From a virus: a stretch of DNA of 64,000 nucleotides. The position numbers were made by a program, and so were the translations under genes. A model generated the notes under the pieces. It saw only the letters and a program-made list of their open reading frames with translations, did no database searches and was not told the DNA's origin. The DNA is taken from positions 1-64,000 of the IMG/VR virus record IMGVR_UViG_3300027974_001900; one strand, written 5' to 3'. This document shows, one piece after another, positions 46,491 to 56,015 of the stretch. Each line of letters starts with the position of its first letter. Within the stretch, counting starts at the first letter, position 1.

Positions 46491-47789
46491 TTAAATATCA
46501 AGTTTAAGTTTTATTGTATAATCTAATTCTGGTGTCTTTCTTACCGGATTTGCTAATTTTGCTATGGCTATTAAGTCGCCTTCTTCATTATAAACTCCGA
46601 CTTCGCTTATAAACACTTGAGATTTATAAGGAGAATTATAATTGGTAAAAGAACTTGAAATAGTGTTTTTTATTACTAACTGGTCGTTTTCAAAGTATTG
46701 TCCATTGGATGGAACAAAATAACTTCCAGTTGGAGCATTGTAAGTTGTGCCGTTAACCACTATTGAGCTTGTTTGCCCAAGAACTAAAGAATTAAGTTGT
46801 CCACCGCTTATAAACGTTCTGTTGTTGCTCCAGGTGAAATCATTCTTTTCGGCAGAACAGAACATTGTTATAGTGCTTCTTTCTGTTGAGCCTTGAAAGT
46901 TTAATTCATATGATGCAGAAACAATCGGAGTATTGCTTCCTGCATCAGTCGTCGTCTTTTGATGTGCACCAAAATAAATCCATTTTAAATTATCAGAAAT
47001 AGCAGTATAAGTATAATCTACACTATACTTGGGATCAGAAACGGGCTGAACGTAAAACTCGCTTGTATTTGCTAATTTTGAACTTCCTGTTAAGATAATA
47101 ATTCCTTCGTCGTAAAGAACAGTTCCAATTTCTGTTCCAACTAAAGAAGAATTATAAGAAGAATAAGTTTGATATATCTTTGTATTTTTTTGAGAGTCAC
47201 TAGCTTCGGCAACCAAGGTTCCGGTAACATAAATTTTTAAATTTAACATCCCTGGCTGTAATTTAATACCGTAATAAGCCGATGGTATTTCTATAAAATT
47301 TATGTCCATTAATGGCTTCAAAAAATAGTCTGAGTACCCAGAAGGATAGATGTTCTTTAAGCTACCAGCTTGAACCAAAGACGTGTTTAAATATTTTGCC
47401 GTGCTTGCATTGTTGTTATCTAAAGAATATTTTATGAATATATTATTTAATGCATAAAGTTTTTTAACTGTATTATACAACGTATAATGTTCGTAAAAGG
47501 CTCCACCAGGCTGATAAGCAATAAAATTTCTTTGTACTTGTGGAGTATAAGAAAAAGTACCACTAATAGAAAAAGAAGCGGAATAGAAAAAATTATTTTT
47601 AGTAAAGTTTTCTGATAATGATGCAGTATAAATTGTGTTCCTCTCTAACATCGTGATAGAGGAACTTACCTTATTACCTTCAGACAATTGATCGTTAACA
47701 GTTACATTGCCGTTATAAAAGACGACCTTGTAAGATGGATTTGCAGATAGAGTATTATAAAATACATCATTTTTGCCAAATTTTTTCAT
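46491..47789 (-). CDS. Baseplate / tail-fibre attachment protein
   Basis: IGTVLYDEGIIIL, FTWSNN, VGVYNEEGDLIAIAKLANP...KLDI; paralogue of the next gene. Confidence 0.65.
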   Translation of the reverse strand: MKKFGKNDVFYNTLSANPSYKVVFYNGNVTVNDQLSEGNKVSSSITMLERNTIYTASLSENFTKNNFFYSASFSISGTFSYTPQVQRNFIAYQPGGAFYEHYTLYNTVKKLYALNNIFIKYSLDNNNASTAKYLNTSLVQAGSLKNIYPSGYSDYFLKPLMDINFIEIPSAYYGIKLQPGMLNLKIYVTGTLVAEASDSQKNTKIYQTYSSYNSSLVGTEIGTVLYDEGIIILTGSSKLANTSEFYVQPVSDPKYSVDYTYTAISDNLKWIYFGAHQKTTTDAGSNTPIVSASYELNFQGSTERSTITMFCSAEKNDFTWSNNRTFISGGQLNSLVLGQTSSIVVNGTTYNAPTGSYFVPSNGQYFENDQLVIKNTISSSFTNYNSPYKSQVFISEVGVYNEEGDLIAIAKLANPVRKTPELDYTIKLKLDI

Positions 47790-47790
47790 A

Positions 47791-48807
47791 TTAGTAATCT
47801 AGTCTAACAGAAAGTGTATAATTAACTGCGTCAGTATTTCTTAGAGGTTCACTTAACTTAGCGACTGCAAGTAGTTCATCGTTATCAGAATACAAGCCAA
47901 TTGTTGTTACGTAAGAATAGTTTTTGTCTGTTGGGTTGTTCTTTACAACAATCTTACTAGAACTTACATAAGTTGGATTTGAGCTAAAATTAAATTCATT
48001 AGCATCAATTCTGCAGTTATATACAGTAGAATATAATTGAGTATTGTTGCTGAATTGGATATTACCGACTAGTCTTCTAAACGAGTCTGCAATTTCTGTA
48101 ATTGAGGCAGAAGAGAATCCTTGATCAGTAGAACCTGTTCCAGTTGTTATGTAACTGCTAGAGATCCAATTACTGGTATCTAGTGTAGCCGCATTCAAAA
48201 CTAATACACCTGCTTGGTAGAATACTGTTCCGTAGGTTGTACCTCCAGAAGTTAGATAATAATATTCTCCAGCTGGGGAATCAGAGTAAACAGTTGTTGC
48301 GGAAGCTCCTGTGTCAGTTATTGTTCTTAGTCCGCCACCAAAAGGAGAAGCGTAAGAAGAAGTACCATGAGAAATTTGAACAGTTGCATATCTAATCTCA
48401 TCTTTAATTAAAAGTCTTGAGATAGGAATAAAAATAGCTTTATCTATTATTGTAGAGGAAGTATTAACTGTAAAGTTTTTTACTGTTCCTGTTACGTCAA
48501 ACCCTAATAGAGTTTGTGCCATTTGAGTATAGATTCTATTCTTATTTGTTGTTCCAGAAACCACAGTAAAACTTCCACTTCTTACACCAGCAGTTAAGTC
48601 AAAAATGTGATTTGCAGAAGAGCTTAGGTAAGGATAATCATAGACAGATTCAAACAAACCATGAGTCGCTGTAAATTTCTTTACGTTTGTATCATTTGGC
48701 CAAGTTCCGTATGTACCAGAAAGAATTGTTCCAGTAATTGGGATGTATTCAGACAAACTTTCTTTGGCTGATTGAATGTCGTTCTCTGCAAAAAATTTAT
48801 AACTCAT
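47791..48807 (-). CDS. Baseplate / tail-fibre attachment protein
   Basis: YGTVFYQAGVLVL, EFNFSSNPT, IGLYSDNDELLAVAKLSEP...RLDY. Confidence 0.7.
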   Translation of the reverse strand: MSYKFFAENDIQSAKESLSEYIPITGTILSGTYGTWPNDTNVKKFTATHGLFESVYDYPYLSSSANHIFDLTAGVRSGSFTVVSGTTNKNRIYTQMAQTLLGFDVTGTVKNFTVNTSSTIIDKAIFIPISRLLIKDEIRYATVQISHGTSSYASPFGGGLRTITDTGASATTVYSDSPAGEYYYLTSGGTTYGTVFYQAGVLVLNAATLDTSNWISSSYITTGTGSTDQGFSSASITEIADSFRRLVGNIQFSNNTQLYSTVYNCRIDANEFNFSSNPTYVSSSKIVVKNNPTDKNYSYVTTIGLYSDNDELLAVAKLSEPLRNTDAVNYTLSVRLDY

Positions 48808-48819
48808 TATTTAACTCCG

Positions 48820-49833
48820 TTATGGTTGGTAAATTAATACTACTGGAATGTCAATTGAATGCCCAATGTTAGCTCCAACAACTCTTAAAGAAGAGAAGAT
48901 GTGCAAAGCTGTACTGGAATTTAGACCAGAAATTGTAGTTGCTTGTGTTCTTCCGTAAGTAGTAAAATAATACGAAGGATTTGAAGCTAAGAAATCAGAA
49001 ATTCTCAAGCTAAATGCCAAATCTTTTCCTACTTGACTAATGTATGTGGCGTTCAAGCTTGTTGCTGGAGCTGAAGTTGTTGACCCATTGTTGTATACAT
49101 TAACTGTCTTGAAGAAGTTAGGATTATTAGAAGAATTTACTGTATACAAATTATAAGCCTGATTTCTATTAAATGCCGTTGAACTTACAATTGGACTTGC
49201 AGAAAAAGCTCCATTTGAGTCGATAACTTCCAAGAATAATCTATTTGCATAAACATCAAATTCATTATCTTCTAGATCTGCCAATTCTTTTTGAACGTTG
49301 CCATTTGTTGAATCAAAGCCTTGAGAAACTCTTACATTTCGTGCAACAGCTCTTGTTCCGCCAGCAGCAGCGCCAGTTCCTGTGGCAATGTTTCTGCGTC
49401 CGTCAATTAAGCCATCAATTGTAGTAATGCTGGTTCCTACACTAGCAATTGCTGTATCATTTACTAAAACAACAAATGCGTTAAATGTTGAATTTAAAAT
49501 TGATTTAGTTACAGAATCAATAAATTGGCTTTGATTTAATTTTAATACAGGCAAATAAAGAATGTTTGGGTTTGCATAGGTTTTAAGTTTGAATTGTAAT
49601 CCGGAATTTGAATTTGTTGTAGGTTCTAGTGCTGGGGTTAAATTAATGTTTAAATCATAATAAGCAGAACCGCTTGGATTGTTAATATTGAATAAACTAT
49701 AATCAATTTCATCATCAGCTACTGCAAATTTTGTTACTTTAAAATTTCCATTACCTTCTGCTAATTTTTTTCTTCCTAATTCTGTTAAAACCGCATCAAG
49801 GATTATGTCACCTGAATTATCTAAAAATGCCAT
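48820..49833 (-). CDS. Baseplate / tail-collar-type structural protein
   Basis: MAFLDNSGDIILDAVLTELGRKKLA..FKVTKFAVADDEIDY. Confidence 0.65.
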   Translation of the reverse strand: MAFLDNSGDIILDAVLTELGRKKLAEGNGNFKVTKFAVADDEIDYSLFNINNPSGSAYYDLNINLTPALEPTTNSNSGLQFKLKTYANPNILYLPVLKLNQSQFIDSVTKSILNSTFNAFVVLVNDTAIASVGTSITTIDGLIDGRRNIATGTGAAAGGTRAVARNVRVSQGFDSTNGNVQKELADLEDNEFDVYANRLFLEVIDSNGAFSASPIVSSTAFNRNQAYNLYTVNSSNNPNFFKTVNVYNNGSTTSAPATSLNATYISQVGKDLAFSLRISDFLASNPSYYFTTYGRTQATTISGLNSSTALHIFSSLRVVGANIGHSIDIPVVLIYQP

Positions 49834-49855
49834 TGTTTGACTCCTTTGTCTCTAT

Positions 49856-49863
49856 TAAATAGT
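49856..49863 (-). promoter_or_regulatory. Putative late promoter ACTATTTA
   Basis: 23 nt upstream of ATG 49833. Confidence 0.7.
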
Positions 49864-49885
49864 TGTTCAAAAATTAATTTCTCTA

Positions 49886-52800
49886 CTATGCTAGAGAAAT
49901 GCTAAACGCTGCATATGCTGCACCCCAACTAGAGGTTGTAATCTTTTTGGTAATATTTTGTACGGTATCATAGTAAAGTTTTTCACTTCCGTAGAAGAAT
50001 GCTTTATCTCCAAGATCTGTAAATTTTACTTTAACAGTTGTATTGGCAGATGAAACTAAGCCTGCATGTAACACTGCAAGTCTAAAGTCACTGTCTACTG
50101 TATAGTATGGAGTACTAACGAAAGTACCTTTAACGGCGTCATATTTAAATCCACCACCCCATACTCCACTACCTAATTCTTGTGATTTAATGTTTGCAGT
50201 TAAATCATTATTTAAAGTTATACCAAGGTTTGCTAATTTACTTTTTAAAATTAATGCGTTCGCTGACAAAGTTGGAGTCAAAGAAGTATCGTTTAAAGTT
50301 ATTGGTCCAACTGCTGCAACAATTGATCCATTAAGGGTTTCTCTAATATTTACCCTAAAAGATTCAATGCCTTCTGTTATTGAATCTTTTAGAGCAGTAG
50401 TATTAAAACCACCTCTTCCAGAAGTCAAATCTCCACTGTTAATTGTTAATGTTCCATTGATTTGCGTGAAATCTCCAGAAGTTATATTTGTTCCTGATAA
50501 ATCCCAAAATAAGGTAGTACCTACTGGAACGTTTGAGGTATAAACGAAACAACTAAATACATCTCCTTCATTTATTGAGAAGAGATCTGGCGTTATTTTG
50601 TAAGTTCTTTGTGATGTGGATGTATCATTTATTGTATAAACCTTAGATGTTGATAGAATATCTGAAGCCGCTGTTTTTCTAATGTTTATTACAAAAGTTT
50701 CCGGACCTTCCGTTAAAAGATCTTGTTTTATGTTTATTTTCAAATAAGCGCTTTTAATTTCATTAAACAATAATTTTCCAGCAGTTATTCCATCAACAAA
50801 ATCACTTGCGTTTAAGTTGCCACTTTTTCCAACAACTTCCCAATAATATTCATCCTGAGAGTTGACATCTTTACTTTGTATTATTAAATCTAAAGTTTCA
50901 CCTTCATTTAAGCTGTTTGAGGTATTTATGCTATTTGATACAAAAGAAAATACAGGCAACTTAATTGAAGTATCATTTACAGTTACAGATGGGCTTACTG
51001 CTATTATGTCTCCTCCGCCTAATACATTTGCTGGAGCTGACCTTACATTAACAAAGAATGTTTTTTGCCCATCAGTTCTTAAGTCCTTTGAAGTTGTTAT
51101 TTTTAATAAAGCAGAGTTATTGAAAATAGTAACTTTTCCTTCTGTAACCTGGTCTACTCCAAATACCGCTCTAAATGTACTGTTCAATCCATTAGAATAT
51201 TCAGCTGATTCAAAATCTAGATCATCTATATTATTACCCTCTAGATCCCAAAATAATTGTGTGCCGTCTGGTAATCCAATCGTTTTAAGTATAAAGCTTA
51301 CGGAGCTACCTTCATTAATTACATTAATATTGTCAGATAAATTTATACTAACTGGTATAATATTATTAATTGAATACTCAATGTCTTTAGAATATGTGCT
51401 ACCAAATTCATCAGTAATATTAAAAACAACCTTTAAGAATTTTAAATAATCGGTTGGTAAACTATCTTTTTTTCTAAGATCATCATAAAATCCAGGTATA
51501 TTATCTAATGAATAATTTTTTACTAAATATTTTGTTTCTTCCGGATTATTAAATATTTTTTCTGCTTCACTGTAAGATATTTGCGGCAAAGAATTAAAAT
51601 AAATTGGAACATATTTTCTGTCACTATTTCCGACAAAAACTGTAATATTATTTTTTAATTTAGTAATATAAGTTGGATAGGTTGGGTTTTTAATTCCAAC
51701 AGTAAGATATAACATCGGAAGTTGAATGTTATATTTTAAACTTTTGAAGTTATATTTTATATCAACAAATTCTTTTTTACTTGGATCGCTAATTGAAGAT
51801 AAAATTTCTGGCATTAAATGTGAATAAACTTCTTTGATTTTTTTATTTCCGAATGCTACATTTAAATCGTCTATGGTAATTACTTGGTTTTTATCAAGAA
51901 AATTTGGAAAATCATTAAGAAAATATCGTAAATTTAAATCAATTTTCTTATTAGTTTTTGGTGAAGATAATCTTAATTTTACGGTTAAACCTTTACCAAG
52001 ATCATAAGAATCGACCCGCTTAACTGTATTGTCCCATAATTGCATAGAGCCTTTTGGAGGAACAAACCTTTCTAGTTCTGGATCATAGGTTTTTTGTAAA
52101 TCTGATGCAGATACTTTTATTTTTGACAAGAAATTTTTAGTTTTATTATAAAACTCTTTTTGCTCTGGCGTATAAAAACTATAATCTAGATATGTAGAAT
52201 TATCTGTTGAGATCATCTCTAACTCTAGAACTTTTGTTGGAGAAGAAAAGTGTTTAACTATTCTAGATCCTTCATATAACTTTAATACTTCTTGATAAAC
52301 ATCGTAATCTCTTTCAGATAGAAAACAATAATAATATTTTGTATTTGCCTGTATATCATCTATTAAAGTTACATTATCTTCAATTGTTTTAGGAATTAAT
52401 TTTGTAGTATCCAGTTCTAAATCTAAAATTTTATATAATTTCTCATCTTGCAAAATATCTTCGTAAGTTGAAGGCTTTTCATTAGTTCTATAAACATAAA
52501 CTCTTTGCAAAATTAAATCATTCGAGTGAACAACTTGATCATTAAATGTAATGTTAGAAACTACTAGACTTGTTTTTACTTTCCCATTATTGCTTGGGAG
52601 CATTTTTTGTGGCGTTGGTTCTTTGAAAGTATCATAAGCAGCTTGATTTAGTTGCTTGAAGATATTAAATAATTCTTCTCTATTATAATTGCCAACTATT
52701 TGTGGTTCATTTTCTTCAAGAAAATCTAAGAAAGTATTAGAAAGATTATTTACCGAATTTTCATCTCCTACTAAATTTAATAAATTTATTAATAATTCTT

Positions 52801-53947
52801 TTGTATAAATCTTTAACCTCTTTAACATGAGATCATCTTTATATTCTTTTGATAAATCTGAAATTAATTTATTGGTTGCATTGTCAAAAATATTTTCTTC
52901 ACTGTTCGAAAGTTTTTCATAATATTCAAAATCTATGATGGCATTTTTTAAAATGTAATGAACTAAATTAAAATAACCTGCAACAGAATTAATATAATTT
53001 TTAACAATTTTAGAAGATGTTTCTTCTGATAAAGAAGTCAATAAAGCACGGTTTTTATAATAAAAGAAGGAATCAATAGGTATCACAGATGGTTTATTTA
53101 ATAAAATACCAGAAAGAAATTCTTCTTTTGTATCCTCAAATTCTATTTGCTTTGGTGGCAATAATGTAGAAGAGTAATTTGTTCTAATAGCACTGGATTT
53201 TATGGAAACTTTGTTTTTTATTTTTTGGAAAGAATCAACCGATATATTCAAATAATTTGGAGCTTCGCCAATTCCTGGAACATAAACTGTTTGCCCGTTT
53301 TTGGTTGTTACAGTAGCTCCTTTTTTTGTATATACAAGACTATTAGAATTATTAATAGTAAACCCATAATAACCATCTACATTAAAATATTTAAATAAAG
53401 TATTATAAAAGATATTTTCAACAACTTTATTTAAATCATTTGTGTTTGAAATAAAACTCTCATCTAAAAAACTATATGTAAAAGAATTAAAAAAATCCCA
53501 CCCATCGGATTCTGTAAGAGGAAATCCATTTTTTATAGAATCAAATCTTTTTTTAATTCCAAATAATCTACCATCTACAAAATAATCAATAGGAACTTTC
53601 AACTCTTCAGTTTTTTTATTTATATTTTTTATCTGCGAAGTTTCATCAGAACAAACATAATTCATAAAAAAATAAGGCAAAATACTTTGATAATAAGTAT
53701 TATTATTATTTCCTATGTTTTGTATAACATTATCAAAGTTTTGTTTAATATCTCCAACTTTTTTAAATACTGGTATTTCTTGACCAAAAACAAAAATAGA
53801 TGATTCTTTTTGTAAAATTGGCGTCATAAAGTCATCAATTTTTTTATAAGGATCATTTGTATAGTTGTTGGTTGTAAATGTATCAAAAACTTTTTTGTAG
53901 TTTCCGTACACTGTTGATCCTGAATAATTGATATTGTTAAACGCCAT
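49886..53947 (-). CDS. Large tail-associated protein with three Calx-beta-like repeats and a C-terminal LCCL-like domain
   Basis: Three repeats of (I/L)NEG...W....N....DF...D..T(D/E)G...F....R......NDTS; terminal GVWG...YTVDSDFRLAVLHAGLV. Confidence 0.7.
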   Translation of the reverse strand: MAFNNINYSGSTVYGNYKKVFDTFTTNNYTNDPYKKIDDFMTPILQKESSIFVFGQEIPVFKKVGDIKQNFDNVIQNIGNNNNTYYQSILPYFFMNYVCSDETSQIKNINKKTEELKVPIDYFVDGRLFGIKKRFDSIKNGFPLTESDGWDFFNSFTYSFLDESFISNTNDLNKVVENIFYNTLFKYFNVDGYYGFTINNSNSLVYTKKGATVTTKNGQTVYVPGIGEAPNYLNISVDSFQKIKNKVSIKSSAIRTNYSSTLLPPKQIEFEDTKEEFLSGILLNKPSVIPIDSFFYYKNRALLTSLSEETSSKIVKNYINSVAGYFNLVHYILKNAIIDFEYYEKLSNSEENIFDNATNKLISDLSKEYKDDLMLKRLKIYTKELLINLLNLVGDENSVNNLSNTFLDFLEENEPQIVGNYNREELFNIFKQLNQAAYDTFKEPTPQKMLPSNNGKVKTSLVVSNITFNDQVVHSNDLILQRVYVYRTNEKPSTYEDILQDEKLYKILDLELDTTKLIPKTIEDNVTLIDDIQANTKYYYCFLSERDYDVYQEVLKLYEGSRIVKHFSSPTKVLELEMISTDNSTYLDYSFYTPEQKEFYNKTKNFLSKIKVSASDLQKTYDPELERFVPPKGSMQLWDNTVKRVDSYDLGKGLTVKLRLSSPKTNKKIDLNLRYFLNDFPNFLDKNQVITIDDLNVAFGNKKIKEVYSHLMPEILSSISDPSKKEFVDIKYNFKSLKYNIQLPMLYLTVGIKNPTYPTYITKLKNNITVFVGNSDRKYVPIYFNSLPQISYSEAEKIFNNPEETKYLVKNYSLDNIPGFYDDLRKKDSLPTDYLKFLKVVFNITDEFGSTYSKDIEYSINNIIPVSINLSDNINVINEGSSVSFILKTIGLPDGTQLFWDLEGNNIDDLDFESAEYSNGLNSTFRAVFGVDQVTEGKVTIFNNSALLKITTSKDLRTDGQKTFFVNVRSAPANVLGGGDIIAVSPSVTVNDTSIKLPVFSFVSNSINTSNSLNEGETLDLIIQSKDVNSQDEYYWEVVGKSGNLNASDFVDGITAGKLLFNEIKSAYLKINIKQDLLTEGPETFVINIRKTAASDILSTSKVYTINDTSTSQRTYKITPDLFSINEGDVFSCFVYTSNVPVGTTLFWDLSGTNITSGDFTQINGTLTINSGDLTSGRGGFNTTALKDSITEGIESFRVNIRETLNGSIVAAVGPITLNDTSLTPTLSANALILKSKLANLGITLNNDLTANIKSQELGSGVWGGGFKYDAVKGTFVSTPYYTVDSDFRLAVLHAGLVSSANTTVKVKFTDLGDKAFFYGSEKLYYDTVQNITKKITTSSWGAAYAAFSISLA

Positions 53948-53949
53948 TT

Positions 53950-55176
53950 TTATGCCTCTAATACAAAATACTCATAAGCCACTTTATCAAAGTATTTTTT
54001 ATTTTTTAAACTTATTCTGCAGAAAATAGAATTGAAATTAGTAACAGAATTAATATTTTCTTGGGTTATTTGTTCCCATGTTTCATGCATAGAATTTGGA
54101 TCTATTGAAACTAAATATTCTATTTTAAATTTTAAAACATGTTTAAAAAAGTAAGTTGGATATTCAAAAGAATCAATTAAGAAAGATCTATAATCATTAT
54201 TTTCTTCTTCTGTTGTTGGCTTTATGATTCCATCATTTAAAATAAAAGATAGGAATAAATTAGCACTGTCTTTTGCTTCATCTGTTTTGAGACTGGTATT
54301 TTCTTTTTTAAACAATCCCTCTTCAGAAGAAGTGTTTGCATTTGCAGTATTTGCTCTAACCAATTCTGGATCGACTACTTTTTTAGAGTTATCTTCATTT
54401 TTAACAAAAATACTCAATTGATTTAAAAATCTTTTATAATCATAATCACTTATAGAATTAACAAGCTTTCCATAATATTCTGCTAATTTTTGTTTATCTG
54501 CATCAAAGATGTTTTGAATTTGTTTGTCTATTATTATTTTCTCAAATTTAGTATAGCCATTGCTATCAAATAAAATTTGTTGTAATAATGATTTACTATC
54601 TCTTTCTGAGCTTGTGAATGCTGCTCTTTCTTTTACTTCGTCATAATTTCTAAAGTCTATGTATCCCGTTGAAACGGTTTCTGTATGTCTTATCAATTCT
54701 GAATTATCATAGTTTACCAATGCTTCATCATAATTTGCAATCTCGTTGTATAATACTCTAAGATCTCTATCTATATCTATTTCAGTTCTAGCATTTATAT
54801 TTTTTAATTTTTCATCTAAAAATCTATAATATCTAAACTTAAATGAATAGTTAAAAAGTATTCTAGCAGGAAACTCTATAAGATTGTTTTTTAATTTTAT
54901 TAGATATGTCGTAAATTGTTGATTATCTAAAATATTAATTTGTGATATTTCTGCAACGGATTCGATTGGATAAGTTCTTAAATCAGATCCTTGCAATAAA
55001 ATTTTCTTTGTTACAACTTTACTAAAAATATCTAACAGCTCTTGCTCTGTAAAGAGCTTATATAATTCTGCTCTATCTTTCAGCATAAGATTTTCGTTGA
55101 TAGAAAGAAAAATGTATAGATTATCATCTAAACTTCTAGATACATACATATTTGAAAGATAGTTTTTAGAATTCAT
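53950..55176 (-). CDS. Hypothetical protein, tail operon
   Basis: 408-aa AT-rich ORF in operon. Confidence 0.65.
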   Translation of the reverse strand: MNSKNYLSNMYVSRSLDDNLYIFLSINENLMLKDRAELYKLFTEQELLDIFSKVVTKKILLQGSDLRTYPIESVAEISQINILDNQQFTTYLIKLKNNLIEFPARILFNYSFKFRYYRFLDEKLKNINARTEIDIDRDLRVLYNEIANYDEALVNYDNSELIRHTETVSTGYIDFRNYDEVKERAAFTSSERDSKSLLQQILFDSNGYTKFEKIIIDKQIQNIFDADKQKLAEYYGKLVNSISDYDYKRFLNQLSIFVKNEDNSKKVVDPELVRANTANANTSSEEGLFKKENTSLKTDEAKDSANLFLSFILNDGIIKPTTEEENNDYRSFLIDSFEYPTYFFKHVLKFKIEYLVSIDPNSMHETWEQITQENINSVTNFNSIFCRISLKNKKYFDKVAYEYFVLEA

Positions 55177-55179
55177 GGT

Positions 55180-56007
55180 TTAGCAATTTGAAGGAGTTTC
55201 CTTTCCTCCTGGTCCGTAAATATCTGCTGTTTTCATCTTTTGTTCAAAGTCAGCATTATTATCAAAAGAAATATTTAAATAATTTTCTATTGAATATTCG
55301 TTGTTTATTTCTTTATTAAATAGAAGTTGAACTAATTTTCCCTTATCTTTGCCGTCTGACGCTTCTAAATAAACTTCGATAAAATAATTATCTGTTTCAT
55401 TTTCTTCAAATGCATTTATTTCTTCAATTTCAGCTAGAAGCTCGTTGTCCTCTACTATAAATGTTTTTATATATTTTTTACCATCTTTATCAACAAAATT
55501 TTTAACTTCAACTTTTTGATAATAAGATGTTATGTTTAATTGAGGTATTACTTCTTCTAGCCCTTCGTTTTCAATAATGTTCTCAAAAGTATTTGCAGTA
55601 ATATATGTTGTATAATATTTTGGAGTTATCAAAGCACTGCCTGAAACATAGTTTTGAAAATCCGGAGAATTAATAAACTTTATTTTCCATGCTGGAGCGT
55701 ATTGATTACCAAGTATTTTATCACCAATTCTATTAGCTAGATTATGTTTTCTTATTACTTGTCCTGTTTTGCCATCTCTATAATAATCTTCTCCACTTGA
55801 ATAATAAGAAGGAGCTTTTAAACGAGCAGAAGTTTTAATTCTTGAAGCTATCTCATTCTGGGGTTCTCCATTGTTGCTTTCATATTTTACATCAATGTCG
55901 TGGAAAGAATAGCTAGCTGGTGTAAACATTCCCTTTGCTAGCAACTCTCTTCCTTTTGGAGTTAAAACTAGATCAATGACTTCTTCATTTTGTTTAAAAA
56001 ATTCCAT
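55180..56007 (-). CDS. Baseplate-type structural protein
   Basis: VIDLVLTPKGRELLAKG..YSFHDIDVKY resembles the N-terminus of 48820-49833. Confidence 0.6.
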   Translation of the reverse strand: MEFFKQNEEVIDLVLTPKGRELLAKGMFTPASYSFHDIDVKYESNNGEPQNEIASRIKTSARLKAPSYYSSGEDYYRDGKTGQVIRKHNLANRIGDKILGNQYAPAWKIKFINSPDFQNYVSGSALITPKYYTTYITANTFENIIENEGLEEVIPQLNITSYYQKVEVKNFVDKDGKKYIKTFIVEDNELLAEIEEINAFEENETDNYFIEVYLEASDGKDKGKLVQLLFNKEINNEYSIENYLNISFDNNADFEQKMKTADIYGPGGKETPSNC

Positions 56008-56015
56008 GTTTTTTC

